A stretch of DNA of 64,000 bases from Rhodobacterales bacterium (GTDB lineage Bacteria; Pseudomonadota; Alphaproteobacteria; Rhodobacterales; Rhodobacteraceae). The notes beneath the pieces are model-generated. The model was given only the letters and a program-made list of their open reading frames with translations. It had not been told where the DNA came from and did no database searches. Positions 35,524 to 45,314 of this stretch are shown here, one piece after another; position 1 is the stretch's first letter; every line of letters begins with the position of its first letter. The translations under genes and the position numbers were made by a program. The stretch lies in the NCBI GenBank assembly GCA_043721775.1, contig JAYSQA010000374.1, positions 7,940-71,939 on the forward strand, given 5' to 3'.

Positions 35524-36623
35524 TATTGCGCGCTCTCTGCGTCTCACTGGCCACGCTCATGTCCAGCCCTGCTGCGGCGCAAGCTATTCGCATCAAGGAC
35601 CTGGTGGAGTTTGATGGCGTGCGCGGCAACGATCTTGTGGGTTACGGCCTCGTGGTCGGCCTGAATGGCACGGGCGACGGCTTGCGCAATTCGCCCTTCA
35701 CCGAAGAGATCATGTCCAACCTGCTGGAGCGTTTGGGCGTCAACGTCACTGGTGAACAGTTTCAGCCCAAGAACGTGGCCGCCGTCTTCGTCACCGCCTC
35801 GCTGCCGCCCTTCTCACGGGCGGGGGGGCGGATTGACGTGACGGTCTCAGCCATTGGCGACGCGAAAAGCCTGTTGGGCGGCACTTTGGTGATGACGCCG
35901 CTGAATGGTGCGGATGGCCAGATCTATGCCGTGGCGCAGGGCACCATCATTGCCGGAGGTGTCTCGGCCGAGGGTCAGGGTTCCAAGGTCACCCAAGGGG
36001 TTCCCACCTCCGGCACCATCCCCTCCGGCGCGCATGTCGAGCGTGAAGTGCAGTTTGATTTCAGCCAGATGCATTCGGTGCGCTTGGCGCTGCGGTCGCC
36101 GGATTTCACCACGGCCGCGAAGATTGAAGCCGTCATCAACACAGCCTTTGGCGGCAATGTGGCACTGATGCAGGATGCCGGAACCGTTTCCCTGAACATC
36201 GACGCCACCCATATGGACAGCCCGGCCCATGTCATCGCCAGGCTTGAAAACCTGACGGTGGAGCCTGAGTCTCGCGCCCGCGTGGTAGTCGACCAGCGCA
36301 GTGGCACCATCGTGATGGATGACGATGTGCGCATCAGTCACGTCGCCATCGCGCAGGGCAACCTGACCCTGCGTGTGGATGAGATGCCGCAGGTTGTGCA
36401 GCCCAACCCCTTCTCGCAGGGCCAGACCATCACCGTGCCTAACACGAATGCCCAGATCCAGAACGCCCCCGGTACCGGCCTCGCCGAGGTTCAGGGCGGC
36501 GCAAGTCTGTCACAGGTCGTGGCTGGGCTGAACGCCTTGGGTGTGGCGCCGCATGACATGATCGACATCCTGAAAAGCATCAACGCCGCCGGAGCGCTGC
36601 ATGCAGAGTTCCTGGTGAACTAA
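35520..36623 (+). CDS. flgI: Flagellar P-ring protein
   Basis: IRIKDL..GVRGNDLVGYGLVVGLNGTGD, GDAKSLLGGTL, GALHAE. Confidence 0.96.
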   Translation: MILRALCVSLATLMSSPAAAQAIRIKDLVEFDGVRGNDLVGYGLVVGLNGTGDGLRNSPFTEEIMSNLLERLGVNVTGEQFQPKNVAAVFVTASLPPFSRAGGRIDVTVSAIGDAKSLLGGTLVMTPLNGADGQIYAVAQGTIIAGGVSAEGQGSKVTQGVPTSGTIPSGAHVEREVQFDFSQMHSVRLALRSPDFTTAAKIEAVINTAFGGNVALMQDAGTVSLNIDATHMDSPAHVIARLENLTVEPESRARVVVDQRSGTIVMDDDVRISHVAIAQGNLTLRVDEMPQVVQPNPFSQGQTITVPNTNAQIQNAPGTGLAEVQGGASLSQVVAGLNALGVAPHDMIDILKSINAAGALHAEFLVN

Positions 36624-36633
36624 CGTTCACCCA

Positions 36634-36669
36634 AGCAAAATGCCCCGCAGGTGGGCGGGGCATTTTGCT
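36634..36669. terminator. Bidirectional intrinsic terminator between convergent flgI and fliP
   Basis: AGCAAAATGCCCCGC-aggtgg-GCGGGGCATTTTGCT, perfect 15-bp inverted repeat with A/T tracts. Confidence 0.85.
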
Positions 36670-36688
36670 GGCACATCGGTTTCAGCAC

Positions 36689-37414
36689 CTAGCCGCCGGT
36701 GTAACTGCGGACCAAGGCGCTGGATACCAGTGTCCACCCATTTGCTACCACGAAAAAGGCGAGTTTGAACGGCAAGGACACCACCGCCGGAGGCACCATC
36801 ATCATCCCCATCGACATCAGGATTGCCGCCGTCACAAGGTCGATGATCAGGAAAGGCAGATAGATCAGAAAGCCAATCTGAAACGCCCGCGAGATTTCTG
36901 ACAGCATGAAGGATGGCACCAGAAGCGAAAAAGGCGCGTCAGCAAGCTTTGCGGTTTCCCCGGGCCGAAGCGCCTCAAGCGCCGCGAAAGTGTCAGGATT
37001 TGTACGGTTCGCCATGAAGCCGCGGAACGGCGCGGCAATCAACGGAATCGCCTGCTGCACCTGAATCTGGCCAGAGGTCAGCGGCTCCACGCCTTTGGTC
37101 CAGGCCTCGGTCAAGACAGGATCCATCACGAACCACGTCAAAAACAGCGCCAGACTGACGATCACCATGTTGGGCGGTGACTGCTGTAGCCCCAAAGCTT
37201 GCCGCAGGATCGACAGAACCGTGACGATGAAGGGAAAACAGGTCACCATCACAGCCAGGCCAGGCACGATGCTGAGCAGAGTGACCAGCATGATGATTTC
37301 GACCGACCGGGTCGCCAGTGAGCTGTTGTTGCCGAAATCCAGTGACATCGACTGGGCCAACGCCGGCTCGGCAAGCAAGATCAAAGCCAGCGTCAGCAGG
37401 GCAATACGCCTCAC
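36689..37414 (-). CDS. fliP: Flagellar export protein FliP
   Basis: LRQALGLQQSPPN, FQIGFLIYLPF, MGMMMVPP..SLPFK. Confidence 0.96.
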   Translation of the reverse strand: MRRIALLTLALILLAEPALAQSMSLDFGNNSSLATRSVEIIMLVTLLSIVPGLAVMVTCFPFIVTVLSILRQALGLQQSPPNMVIVSLALFLTWFVMDPVLTEAWTKGVEPLTSGQIQVQQAIPLIAAPFRGFMANRTNPDTFAALEALRPGETAKLADAPFSLLVPSFMLSEISRAFQIGFLIYLPFLIIDLVTAAILMSMGMMMVPPAVVSLPFKLAFFVVANGWTLVSSALVRSYTGG

Positions 37415-37680
37415 AGCCCACCGCGCAAATTGGCCACTTCCGTTAGCCGGACGGCCAGTTGCCCGGCCTGTTCCCCCTCCAGCTCCTGCAACTCGCCGCG
37501 CGCGATCAGCCGGTCCCCGACGTAAAGCTCCACCGGGTCATCAACGCGGCGGTCCAGCGGCAAGATGGCGTCGCGGCTCAGCCGAAGCAGGTCTTTCACC
37601 ATGGGCCTTGCCTTGCCAACCGAGATTGTCACCTCGATCGGCACCTGCGCGAAGGGGTTGCTGTCGGCGGGATCATCCAT
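37411..37680 (-). CDS. fliN: Flagellar motor switch protein FliN (SpoA domain)
   Basis: VPIEVTISVG, LDRRVDDPVELYVGDRLIARGEL; start after AAGGA. Confidence 0.88.
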   Translation of the reverse strand: MDDPADSNPFAQVPIEVTISVGKARPMVKDLLRLSRDAILPLDRRVDDPVELYVGDRLIARGELQELEGEQAGQLAVRLTEVANLRGGL

Positions 37681-38269
37681 TTGGTCTGTCCTTTCCGGGA
37701 AGGTCGAAGAAGCCGCGCACGGCAGAGGCAATTTCAGCGGTGGCCTTGTCAAGATCCACCTGAGTTTCCACCGTGCCGAGGCGGATGTAGACCTGCCCCT
37801 CGCCCAACGTCGGTTCTTCCTCGATGGTCAGGGGCAGGCCGGTGGCGTGTTCCAGCAACGCCTCGACCGAGGCACGGGCGACAGGGTTGATCACCAGCGT
37901 GACCGGTGCATCGCCAAGCCCCTCTGCCAGCGGCATCAGGGTTTCCAAAACGAAAGGCGCCAGAGTTTCACGGGCAATTTCTGGCAAAAGCTGGCCGACG
38001 ATCTGCAACAGCAATGGCTCCACCGCCTTCAGGACGTGATTGCGCGCCTCGTGATAAGTGAAGCTGAGCGTTTGCAGATTGCGCGCCAGTTCGGCCCGGA
38101 TCCTTGTCTGATCCTCGGTCATCGCGGCGCTGGCATCATCCCAACCCGCCTTGTAGCCGGTCTCGTACGACGCAAGTTTTTCGTCTTCAAGCGCCACCCT
38201 GTCCAGCACGACGGTATGGGTCTTTTGCGGTTTGGCTTCGGTGTCAAACACCTCAAGCTTCAGGGCCAT
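37673..38269 (-). CDS. fliH: FliH-like flagellar assembly protein
   Basis: LKLEVFD, YETGYKAGWDDA; lies between fliF and fliN. Confidence 0.75.
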   Translation of the reverse strand: MALKLEVFDTEAKPQKTHTVVLDRVALEDEKLASYETGYKAGWDDASAAMTEDQTRIRAELARNLQTLSFTYHEARNHVLKAVEPLLLQIVGQLLPEIARETLAPFVLETLMPLAEGLGDAPVTLVINPVARASVEALLEHATGLPLTIEEEPTLGEGQVYIRLGTVETQVDLDKATAEIASAVRGFFDLPGKDRPNG

Positions 38270-39879
38270 CAGACAGGCTCCTCGTCATGTTCCATCCAGG
38301 AGCGCAGGATTTCGATTGATTCGGCCTGACGTTCCTCGATCAGGCGGCGCAGACGGGCGACCGGGTCGGTTTCTACCCCGGTCATGGCGGCCTCTTGTTC
38401 CGAGAAGTCGGCGACCTGCGGGAACATGATGCCGCCATCGTCGATCTCGCCGTCAAGGGCGGCCGGTGCCGGGGCACCCATGCCATTCGGCAAGGCCAGC
38501 GGCATCTGGGCTGCCGCCAGCTGTGCCGTGCCACGTGCCGAAGACGTCAGGATTGGCCGGATCACAAACAACCCCAGGATCAGGGTCACCAGCGCCAGAA
38601 CACCCAACTGGATCATCGACATCAGGTTAAGCGGGCCGAAAGCCGACATGAAGCCGGATTCCACCAGCGTGCCTTCGACCGCCTGCTTATCAAACGGCAG
38701 GGATTTCAGCGTCAGGACGTCACCCCGCGTCGTATCCAGTCCAACGGCGGATGAGACAAGTTCCTTCAGCGTCGCAAGTTCTGCATCGCTGCGTGGCTGG
38801 AAGGTCACCGTACCGTCGGCCGCAGTTATCTTTTCTTGATCCACCAGAACCGCGACCGACAACTTGGCCACCGCGCCGGGCACCTTGATGACCTGACGAT
38901 TGGTCTCGGACACCTCGTAGTTCACCCGCTCGGACTTGTCGGAATTCTGGCTCTGGTTCGTGCCACCTGGGGCCGCAGCGCCCGTGGGCAAGTTCGAGGC
39001 AACGGTCACATTGCCATCCGAACCGGTTGACGTCCCGCTTTTGTCCTGAGTTTCGGTTGATATGGCGACCTTGCCCTGAGGGTCGAGCGTGCGCTGGTTG
39101 ACCTCTTCGCGGTCGGTGACCACGTCGACGTTGACTTCAACGACCGCCTTGCCGGGGCCAACGCGGGCCGCCAGCAGCCGCTCGACATTCTGCTTTATTT
39201 CTGCGGCCCGGGCGTCGCCTGCCGTGTTGGGTGCCGAGGCATCCGTCTCAGACGGAATCAGCCCCGCCACCGAGTCGATCACGGCCACATCATCGGGTTG
39301 CATGCCCGAAACGGCCCCCGCCACCAGATGCCGGATCGCATTGGCCTGTTGGGCCGACAGCGCACCGGACCTTGTGGTAACCGTCACGCTGGCGGTTGGC
39401 TTGTTCTTGTCCTGAAACAGCTGGGTCGGGGCTTGGGCGATGTGCACCCGCGCGGCTTTGACCTCTGGCAAGGCCAGAACGGTGCGCGCCAGCTCTCCTT
39501 CTTTGGCACGCCAGTAGGCCGCATCGAACATCTGCGAGGTCGTGCCAAATCCTGACAGGGAATCAAGCAGTTCGTAGCCCGTGCCCCCTGTCGCAGGCAG
39601 CCCTTGCCCGGCCAGGGTCATCCGCAAACCGTCGCGTTTGGACTGGTCGACATAGATTGCGTCCCCGCGTATCTCATACTTCACGGCCTGCGCGTCCAGC
39701 GCCGTAATCACCGCCCCGGCAGAGGCGCTGTCCAGCCCGGAATACAACAGCGCCATGTCCGACTGCCCCGCCATCCTTGCTAGGGTCAGAATGGCCAGAA
39801 ACATGGCGACAGTCGCGCCAAGCACGACGGCCCGGCGCTGGTTGCTAAGATTGGCCCATAGCGAAAGCAGATTCTGCAA
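38269..39879 (-). CDS. fliF: Flagellar MS-ring protein
   Basis: LLYSGLD, GYELLD..GFGTTS, RAKEGELARTV, ARVHI, RGDVL; TTG start. Confidence 0.96.
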   Translation of the reverse strand: MQNLLSLWANLSNQRRAVVLGATVAMFLAILTLARMAGQSDMALLYSGLDSASAGAVITALDAQAVKYEIRGDAIYVDQSKRDGLRMTLAGQGLPATGGTGYELLDSLSGFGTTSQMFDAAYWRAKEGELARTVLALPEVKAARVHIAQAPTQLFQDKNKPTASVTVTTRSGALSAQQANAIRHLVAGAVSGMQPDDVAVIDSVAGLIPSETDASAPNTAGDARAAEIKQNVERLLAARVGPGKAVVEVNVDVVTDREEVNQRTLDPQGKVAISTETQDKSGTSTGSDGNVTVASNLPTGAAAPGGTNQSQNSDKSERVNYEVSETNRQVIKVPGAVAKLSVAVLVDQEKITAADGTVTFQPRSDAELATLKELVSSAVGLDTTRGDVLTLKSLPFDKQAVEGTLVESGFMSAFGPLNLMSMIQLGVLALVTLILGLFVIRPILTSSARGTAQLAAAQMPLALPNGMGAPAPAALDGEIDDGGIMFPQVADFSEQEAAMTGVETDPVARLRRLIEERQAESIEILRSWMEHDEEPV

Positions 39880-39931
39880 AGTCGTCTCCGTTCAGGGCTT
39901 CTGCCCCTCGCACCACTTTGAAGTGCCGGTC

Positions 39932-39946
39932 TTAACAATCGGTTAG
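39932..39946. promoter_or_regulatory. CtrA-like box in the fliF/fliL divergent region
   Basis: TTAA-caatcgg-TTAG. Confidence 0.7.
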
Positions 39947-39991
39947 GACGAACAGTCTATCTTTGGTCTCAGAGTGAGGATGGAGGTCCCT

Positions 39992-40474
39992 TTGGCCGAA
40001 GCCGAAGTGCCGCAGGACGCGGCTCCAAAAAAGAAGTCGAAGTTTCCCCTGATCATCGGGCTGGTCCTGTTCCTGGCTTTGGGGGGTGGAGGGTTTTATG
40101 CCGTCTTTTCCGGGATGATTCTGGCCCCAGGCACAGAGACAAAGCCGTCCGGTGCCGAAAAGACCATTGCGCCTGACATCGCCTTTGTCCCGATTGCGCC
40201 GGTGACCATCTCGCTGGGCAAGGCGGCCGACAATCACCATCTGCGCTTCACCGCCCAGTTGGAGGTGAACAAGGACAAGGTTGAAGAGGTTACAACTTTG
40301 GTCCCGCGCATTCTGGACGTGTTGAACGGCTATCTGCGCGCCCTTGAGGTGCCAGAGCTGGAAGACCCTGATGCCCTGGTCCGCCTGCGCTCGCAGATGC
40401 TGCGCCGCATTCAGATCGTCACGGGCGAGGGGCGCGTGCGCGATCTTCTCGTCACCGAATTTGTGCTGGAGTGA
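39992..40474 (+). CDS. fliL: Flagellar basal-body protein FliL
   Basis: KKKSK + TM + GGGG, PRILDVLNGYLR, VRDLLVTEFVL; TTG 39992 after GGAGG (ORF track starts at 39974). Confidence 0.9.
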   Translation: MAEAEVPQDAAPKKKSKFPLIIGLVLFLALGGGGFYAVFSGMILAPGTETKPSGAEKTIAPDIAFVPIAPVTISLGKAADNHHLRFTAQLEVNKDKVEEVTTLVPRILDVLNGYLRALEVPELEDPDALVRLRSQMLRRIQIVTGEGRVRDLLVTEFVLE

Positions 40475-40483
40475 GACTGCACC

Positions 40484-40879
40484 ATGAACATGATTTCCGA
40501 CATTCTTCTTGCAGCAGGCGCCTTTGGTGCGGCGATTTATTGCTATGTGCTCGGCGCGCGGCTCAAGAAATTCACCACGCTGGAGACTGGAATGGGCGGG
40601 GCCATCGCGGTTCTGTCGGTGCAGGTTGATGACATGACCAAAGCTTTGGACAAGGCCCGTGCCGCAGCGACCGGCTCGGCGTCCAGCCTTGAAGGGCTTA
40701 CGTCACGGGCCGAGGCGGTGGCGGCACGGATCGAACTTCTGCTGGCCTCGATGCACGATCTGCCCGAACCCGGGGCACAGTCGCCTCCCACGTTTTCCGA
40801 TGTGCAGGATGAGGCTGATCGCAAGCTGCGATTCGTTCGCAGGCGACCTGGACGCACGGAATTGGAGGCCGCAGAATGA
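40484..40879 (+). CDS. Conserved flagellar-cluster membrane-anchored coiled-coil protein
   Basis: N-terminal TM (AAIYCYVL..RL), GMGGAIAVLSVQVDDM; between fliL and motE. Confidence 0.7.
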   Translation: MNMISDILLAAGAFGAAIYCYVLGARLKKFTTLETGMGGAIAVLSVQVDDMTKALDKARAAATGSASSLEGLTSRAEAVAARIELLLASMHDLPEPGAQSPPTFSDVQDEADRKLRFVRRRPGRTELEAAE

Positions 40880-41436
40880 CCGTTCGCAAACGACAGTCCG
40901 GCCGCAGCGTTCTTGTGGTTCTGTCTCTGACCCTCGCCTCGGCCGGGGCGCTGCGATTGGGGTCGGGCATTGGTGCTGCACTTGCCAATTCGTCTGTCGA
41001 AACGGCAGCTGCCCCACTGGACTGCCCAACCCCACCGGCTGCTTTGGCGGCAGCGCTTGCGGGTCGCGAATCGCAGGTCAAGGCGCAGGAAGCGGCGGTT
41101 GCCGAACGCATGGCGGCGCTGAACCTTGCCGATCAGGCCATCACCAAACGCATGGGTGAATTGCAGACGGCTGAGGATGAGCTGAAAAAGACTCTCGCCA
41201 TTGCCGACGGGGCCTCGGAAAAGGATCTGACCCAGTTGACGGCGGTTTATGAGGCGATGAAGCCGGCTGATGCGGCGGCCCTGTTCCAGACCATGGCACC
41301 CGAATTTGCGGCAGGCTTTCTGGGCCGGATGCAGCCCGCCTCGGCTGCTGCGATCATGACGGGTATGAAGCCAGACAAAGTCTATGAAATTTCGGTTCTT
41401 CTGGCCGGTCGCAACGCTTTGGCACCCAAGAACTAG
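40876..41436 (+). CDS. motE: MotE-like flagellar protein
   Basis: Coiled coil then LTAVYEAMKPADAAALF..M.P..AA.IM..MKP. Confidence 0.75.
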   Translation: MTVRKRQSGRSVLVVLSLTLASAGALRLGSGIGAALANSSVETAAAPLDCPTPPAALAAALAGRESQVKAQEAAVAERMAALNLADQAITKRMGELQTAEDELKKTLAIADGASEKDLTQLTAVYEAMKPADAAALFQTMAPEFAAGFLGRMQPASAAAIMTGMKPDKVYEISVLLAGRNALAPKN

Positions 41437-41500
41437 GGTCAGGGTTTCTTAACCCGGGCGTGGCAATCATGCGAAGGGCAAAGGAAAGTAGAGGCGGATC

Positions 41501-42373
41501 ATGCTTGCTATAGTCGGCATCATAATGATCTTCGTCATGGTTTTCGGCGGATACATGTTCGCTGGTGGCAAGATGGGAATCATTCTGGAGGCCCTGCCGC
41601 ACGAAATGATCGTGATCGGCGGGGCTGCCATTGGCGCTTTCCTGCTGGGCAATGACCTGGCGACGGTCAAACAGGCCTGCAAGGATCTGGGCAAGGTTTT
41701 CAAGGGCTGCAAATGGAAGTCGACGGACTATCGTGACCTTTTGGCCCTTTTGTTCGAATTGGTCCGGATCGCGCGCTCCAACCCGGTGGCGCTGGAAGAG
41801 CATGTTGAAAACCCGGAAGGGTCGTCAATCTTCGGGCGATTTCCCAAGATCCAGCATGACCATGCGGTTGTCGAACTGATCTGCGACACGCTGCGCGCGG
41901 CCTCGATGAACTACGACGACCCGCATCAGGTGGAAGAGGTTCTCGACAAACGGATGGAGGAAGCGCATCACCACGCGCTTCATGGCAGCCACGCTTGGCA
42001 ATCCATGGCCGACGCCATGCCCGCGATTGGCATTGTGGCCGCTGTTCTGGGCGTCATCAAGACCATGGGCTCAATCGACCAGCCGCCCGAGATTTTGGGC
42101 GGCATGATCGGCGGTGCCTTGGTGGGCACATTCTTGGGCGTGTTTCTGGCCTATGGGTTCATCGGCCCGATGTCCTCGCGCATCAAGTCCGTGGTGGATG
42201 AAGACAATTACTTCCACCAACTCATCCGCGAGGTTTTGATTGCCAACCTGCACCGTCATCCACCGAACATCTGCATCGAGGTGGGGCGGCAAAACACGCC
42301 GCACCATGTGCGTCCCAGCTTCTCTGATGTTGAGGCGGTGTTGCGCGGCCTGAAACAGGAAAACGCGGCATGA
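41501..42373 (+). CDS. motA: Flagellar stator protein MotA
   Basis: VFGGY..AGG, PAIGIVAAVLG, ALVGTFLGVFLAYG, EVGR. Confidence 0.96.
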   Translation: MLAIVGIIMIFVMVFGGYMFAGGKMGIILEALPHEMIVIGGAAIGAFLLGNDLATVKQACKDLGKVFKGCKWKSTDYRDLLALLFELVRIARSNPVALEEHVENPEGSSIFGRFPKIQHDHAVVELICDTLRAASMNYDDPHQVEEVLDKRMEEAHHHALHGSHAWQSMADAMPAIGIVAAVLGVIKTMGSIDQPPEILGGMIGGALVGTFLGVFLAYGFIGPMSSRIKSVVDEDNYFHQLIREVLIANLHRHPPNICIEVGRQNTPHHVRPSFSDVEAVLRGLKQENAA

Positions 42374-44565
42374 GAGGATGGATCGCGCTTCTGATCGCAT
42401 TGGCGTGGTTCCCGCTGGCAGCCTCTGCCGGTCCGGCGCTGGTCACGTCGGGCGAGCATCCGGGGTTTACCCGTCTGGTCGTTCAGTTTGCTGGCGCGGT
42501 GAATTGGCAAGTCGGGCGCGGTGTGGATGGCTATACCTTGCGGGTGCAGGATCAAAAGCCCGTTTATGACATGTCGAAAGCCTTTGATCTGATTGGTAAA
42601 AGCCGTCTCGCGGCGCTGTGGTCTGATTCAAAGACCGGCGAATTGCACTTCGGCATCGCCTGCGCCTGTTATGCCATGCCTTTCGAGTTCCGACCTGGGA
42701 TCATTGTCCTTGATCTGCGTGACGGGCCACCGCCGACAGGCTCTTCGTTCGAGCAGCCACTTGATGCCCCGGTCCCGCCCATTGAAGTTTCCGTTCCGCC
42801 ACCAAGTGCCGCAGCGCCGGCCTATGACTGGACGGCGGCAAAGGGGGCGGGTCTTGACCGCAATCCGGATCTTCTGGGTACTTTCGGGCCCTTGTCAGTT
42901 GACCTCAATTCCGTGGACGTGGGCTTGGAACAGCTTCGCCTGTCATTGATCGACGAAATGGGGCGTGGCGCTTCGCAAGGCATTGTCGATATGGCGAAAC
43001 CGAAGAAGGCTCCCGGGGCGGTGCAAGGCGGCGGGGTTCCATCAGTCCAACTTCATCTGGGAGAGACGCCTGATCTGGTCATTCGACAAAAGGGCGCAGA
43101 TCGCGCACCGCTGACCGCAAAAGGAGCGGACTGCATTTCGGATGAACAGCTTGACCTTCCCTCTTGGGGGTCAAATCGCCCGGTGGCCGACCAGATCGGG
43201 CCCGAGCGCGAGGGCCTGACGGGAGAGTTTGACAAGCCCGATCCTGATGCGGTCACCCGGGCGGTTCGCTTCCAGCTGTTTCTGGGGTTCGGGGCAGAGG
43301 CGCGCGGTTTGGTGCGCGCTTTTCCGGATGACCTGCCCGACAAGCCAATCTGGGACAGCATGGCCCATCTTGTCGATGGTGAACCCGACGCCGCCCTGAC
43401 CTTCCTTGGGATGGAGGAGTGTGACACCGCCGCCGCGCTATGGGCCACTTTGGCCGATCCAAACGCCCGTCCCAATGACGAGATCGGAAAAGCTGCGGTG
43501 CTGCGCAGTTTTTCCGCGCTGCCATCGCACTTGCGGCGGCTTCTGGGGCCAAAACTGGTGGAACGATTCCTGGCCACCAGTGACATTTCCACCGCAACGG
43601 CACTGCGCGATGCTGTCTTGCGCGCTCCGGGGGACGCTGGGCCGGAAGTGATCCTGATGCAAGCCGCGATGAGCCGCGCGGCAGGTGCGCCGGGGAAGGC
43701 TGAAACGCAGCTTGCACCCCTTGCCAATTCCGCGGGCCCGGCTTCGGCAGATGCGCTGGTCGCTTTGGTCGAGCAGAGGGTGACTTTGGGGCAATCCATT
43801 GACTACGGGCAGGTGCAAACACTGGAAGAGCTTCTGAAAGAACGCAAAGGTGGGTCGGATGCCCCGAAATTCCAACATGCATTGGTTCTGGCGCGTGCCG
43901 CTTCCGGTGATTTTGACCGCGCTTTCAAAGAAGTGCCCGATGTGCCTGACGCGGAGGCGGCGCTTTGGCGCGTGTTGGCGGTAAACGGGCCGGACAGCGC
44001 ACTTTTGAACTATGCAACGCTTGGGCTAGGGGAAACGCCGCCGCTTGTCGCCAAGGAAGATGCCTCGCTGATTGCCGACAGATTGCTCGGCTTGGGTCTG
44101 GCCGATCAGGCGGCCCAATGGCTGAAGCTGGATGACCATGCGCCTGACCTTCTGCGTGCGCGCGTCAGTCTGGCACAGGGCAATCCGACAGACGCTTTGG
44201 CGCGGCTGGAAATGGACGATTCACCGGCTGCTTTGGCTGTCAAGGCAAGGGCATTCCAGGATCTGAACCAGGAAAAAGCCGCAGCCGAGATCTTTGCCAA
44301 ATTGGGCAAGCCTGATGATCAATGGGCGGCCATGAGCCGGTCACAGGCATGGGACACGCTGGCGCAAAGCGGGCCTGATCCGTGGAAAGCCGTTGCATCT
44401 GTTGTCGCCGGTCGGCCTGCCGATGCTGCCCCTGCTGCGGCCATCCCACAAGATGCAGGCCCCCTGACCCGCAACAAGGCCTTGGTCGCTGATAGTGCTG
44501 CCACGCGCGATGCCATCACCGCCTTGCTCAATTCCGTGAAATCGCCAGTTCAGCCAACTCAGTAG
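42370..44565 (+). CDS. Large exported helical flagellar accessory protein (possibly MotK-like)
   Basis: Signal peptide, SGEHPGFTRLV motif, helical Ala/Leu-rich body; ATGA-coupled to motA. Confidence 0.6.
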   Translation: MRGWIALLIALAWFPLAASAGPALVTSGEHPGFTRLVVQFAGAVNWQVGRGVDGYTLRVQDQKPVYDMSKAFDLIGKSRLAALWSDSKTGELHFGIACACYAMPFEFRPGIIVLDLRDGPPPTGSSFEQPLDAPVPPIEVSVPPPSAAAPAYDWTAAKGAGLDRNPDLLGTFGPLSVDLNSVDVGLEQLRLSLIDEMGRGASQGIVDMAKPKKAPGAVQGGGVPSVQLHLGETPDLVIRQKGADRAPLTAKGADCISDEQLDLPSWGSNRPVADQIGPEREGLTGEFDKPDPDAVTRAVRFQLFLGFGAEARGLVRAFPDDLPDKPIWDSMAHLVDGEPDAALTFLGMEECDTAAALWATLADPNARPNDEIGKAAVLRSFSALPSHLRRLLGPKLVERFLATSDISTATALRDAVLRAPGDAGPEVILMQAAMSRAAGAPGKAETQLAPLANSAGPASADALVALVEQRVTLGQSIDYGQVQTLEELLKERKGGSDAPKFQHALVLARAASGDFDRAFKEVPDVPDAEAALWRVLAVNGPDSALLNYATLGLGETPPLVAKEDASLIADRLLGLGLADQAAQWLKLDDHAPDLLRARVSLAQGNPTDALARLEMDDSPAALAVKARAFQDLNQEKAAAEIFAKLGKPDDQWAAMSRSQAWDTLAQSGPDPWKAVASVVAGRPADAAPAAAIPQDAGPLTRNKALVADSAATRDAITALLNSVKSPVQPTQ

Positions 44566-44645
44566 TGCCTCGCTTACAGCTTGGTAAGGTTTGGCGATTA
44601 GACTTCAAGCGGGCGACCAAGAATTGGTCACATTGGGTGGACCCC

Positions 44646-45314
44646 TTGAAAATAGTTACAATCCTCACCGTTGGCGCGCTAACAGCCGGAATTGCGACGA
44701 CCGGCCGATCCGCCGCGGCACCCGGCTTTCTGTGCGACCAGGCGGCCGCGACTGCGGCCCAATCAACCGGCGTGCCGATCGATATCCTGCTGGCGATTTC
44801 GCGGGTCGAAACGGGGCGCCAAACCGATGGCACGCTGGCCCCCTGGCCTTGGACGATCAACGCAGACGGCAAGGGCACCTTCTATGACACGAAGGCCGAG
44901 GCCGTTGCTGTGGCAGAGGCGCATCTGACGGATGGTACCGGAACCTTCGATATCGGGTGCTTTCAGCTGAACATCCGGTATCACGGCCAGGCGTTCGCCA
45001 CCTTTGAAGAGATGTTTGATCCGGAAAAGAACGCTGACTACGCGGCTCGGTTCTTGAGCTCACTTTATCAGGAAACCGGCACTTGGGCCGGTGCGGTGGC
45101 CGCCTATCACTCGCGCACGCCGGACCTTGCGCAGGCTTACCTCAATCAGGTCAGGGCCGTGCTGGAAACTCCGGGCGCAACGGATCAGCCGCTACCGGCT
45201 CCCGTGGCACGAGAGAACAACTTCCCGCTTCTACAGGCGGGGGCGCAAGGCGGTTTCGGTTCGGTTGTGCCGATGACCAATGCCCGTGGCCCGCTGATCG
45301 GGGGCAATTCCTGA
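44646..45314 (+). CDS. Flagellar lytic transglycosylase (SLT domain, SltF-like)
   Basis: AISRVETG, PWPWTIN, DIGCFQLN, AVAAYHS; TTG 44646 preferred (ORF track starts at 44565). Confidence 0.85.
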   Translation: MKIVTILTVGALTAGIATTGRSAAAPGFLCDQAAATAAQSTGVPIDILLAISRVETGRQTDGTLAPWPWTINADGKGTFYDTKAEAVAVAEAHLTDGTGTFDIGCFQLNIRYHGQAFATFEEMFDPEKNADYAARFLSSLYQETGTWAGAVAAYHSRTPDLAQAYLNQVRAVLETPGATDQPLPAPVARENNFPLLQAGAQGGFGSVVPMTNARGPLIGGNS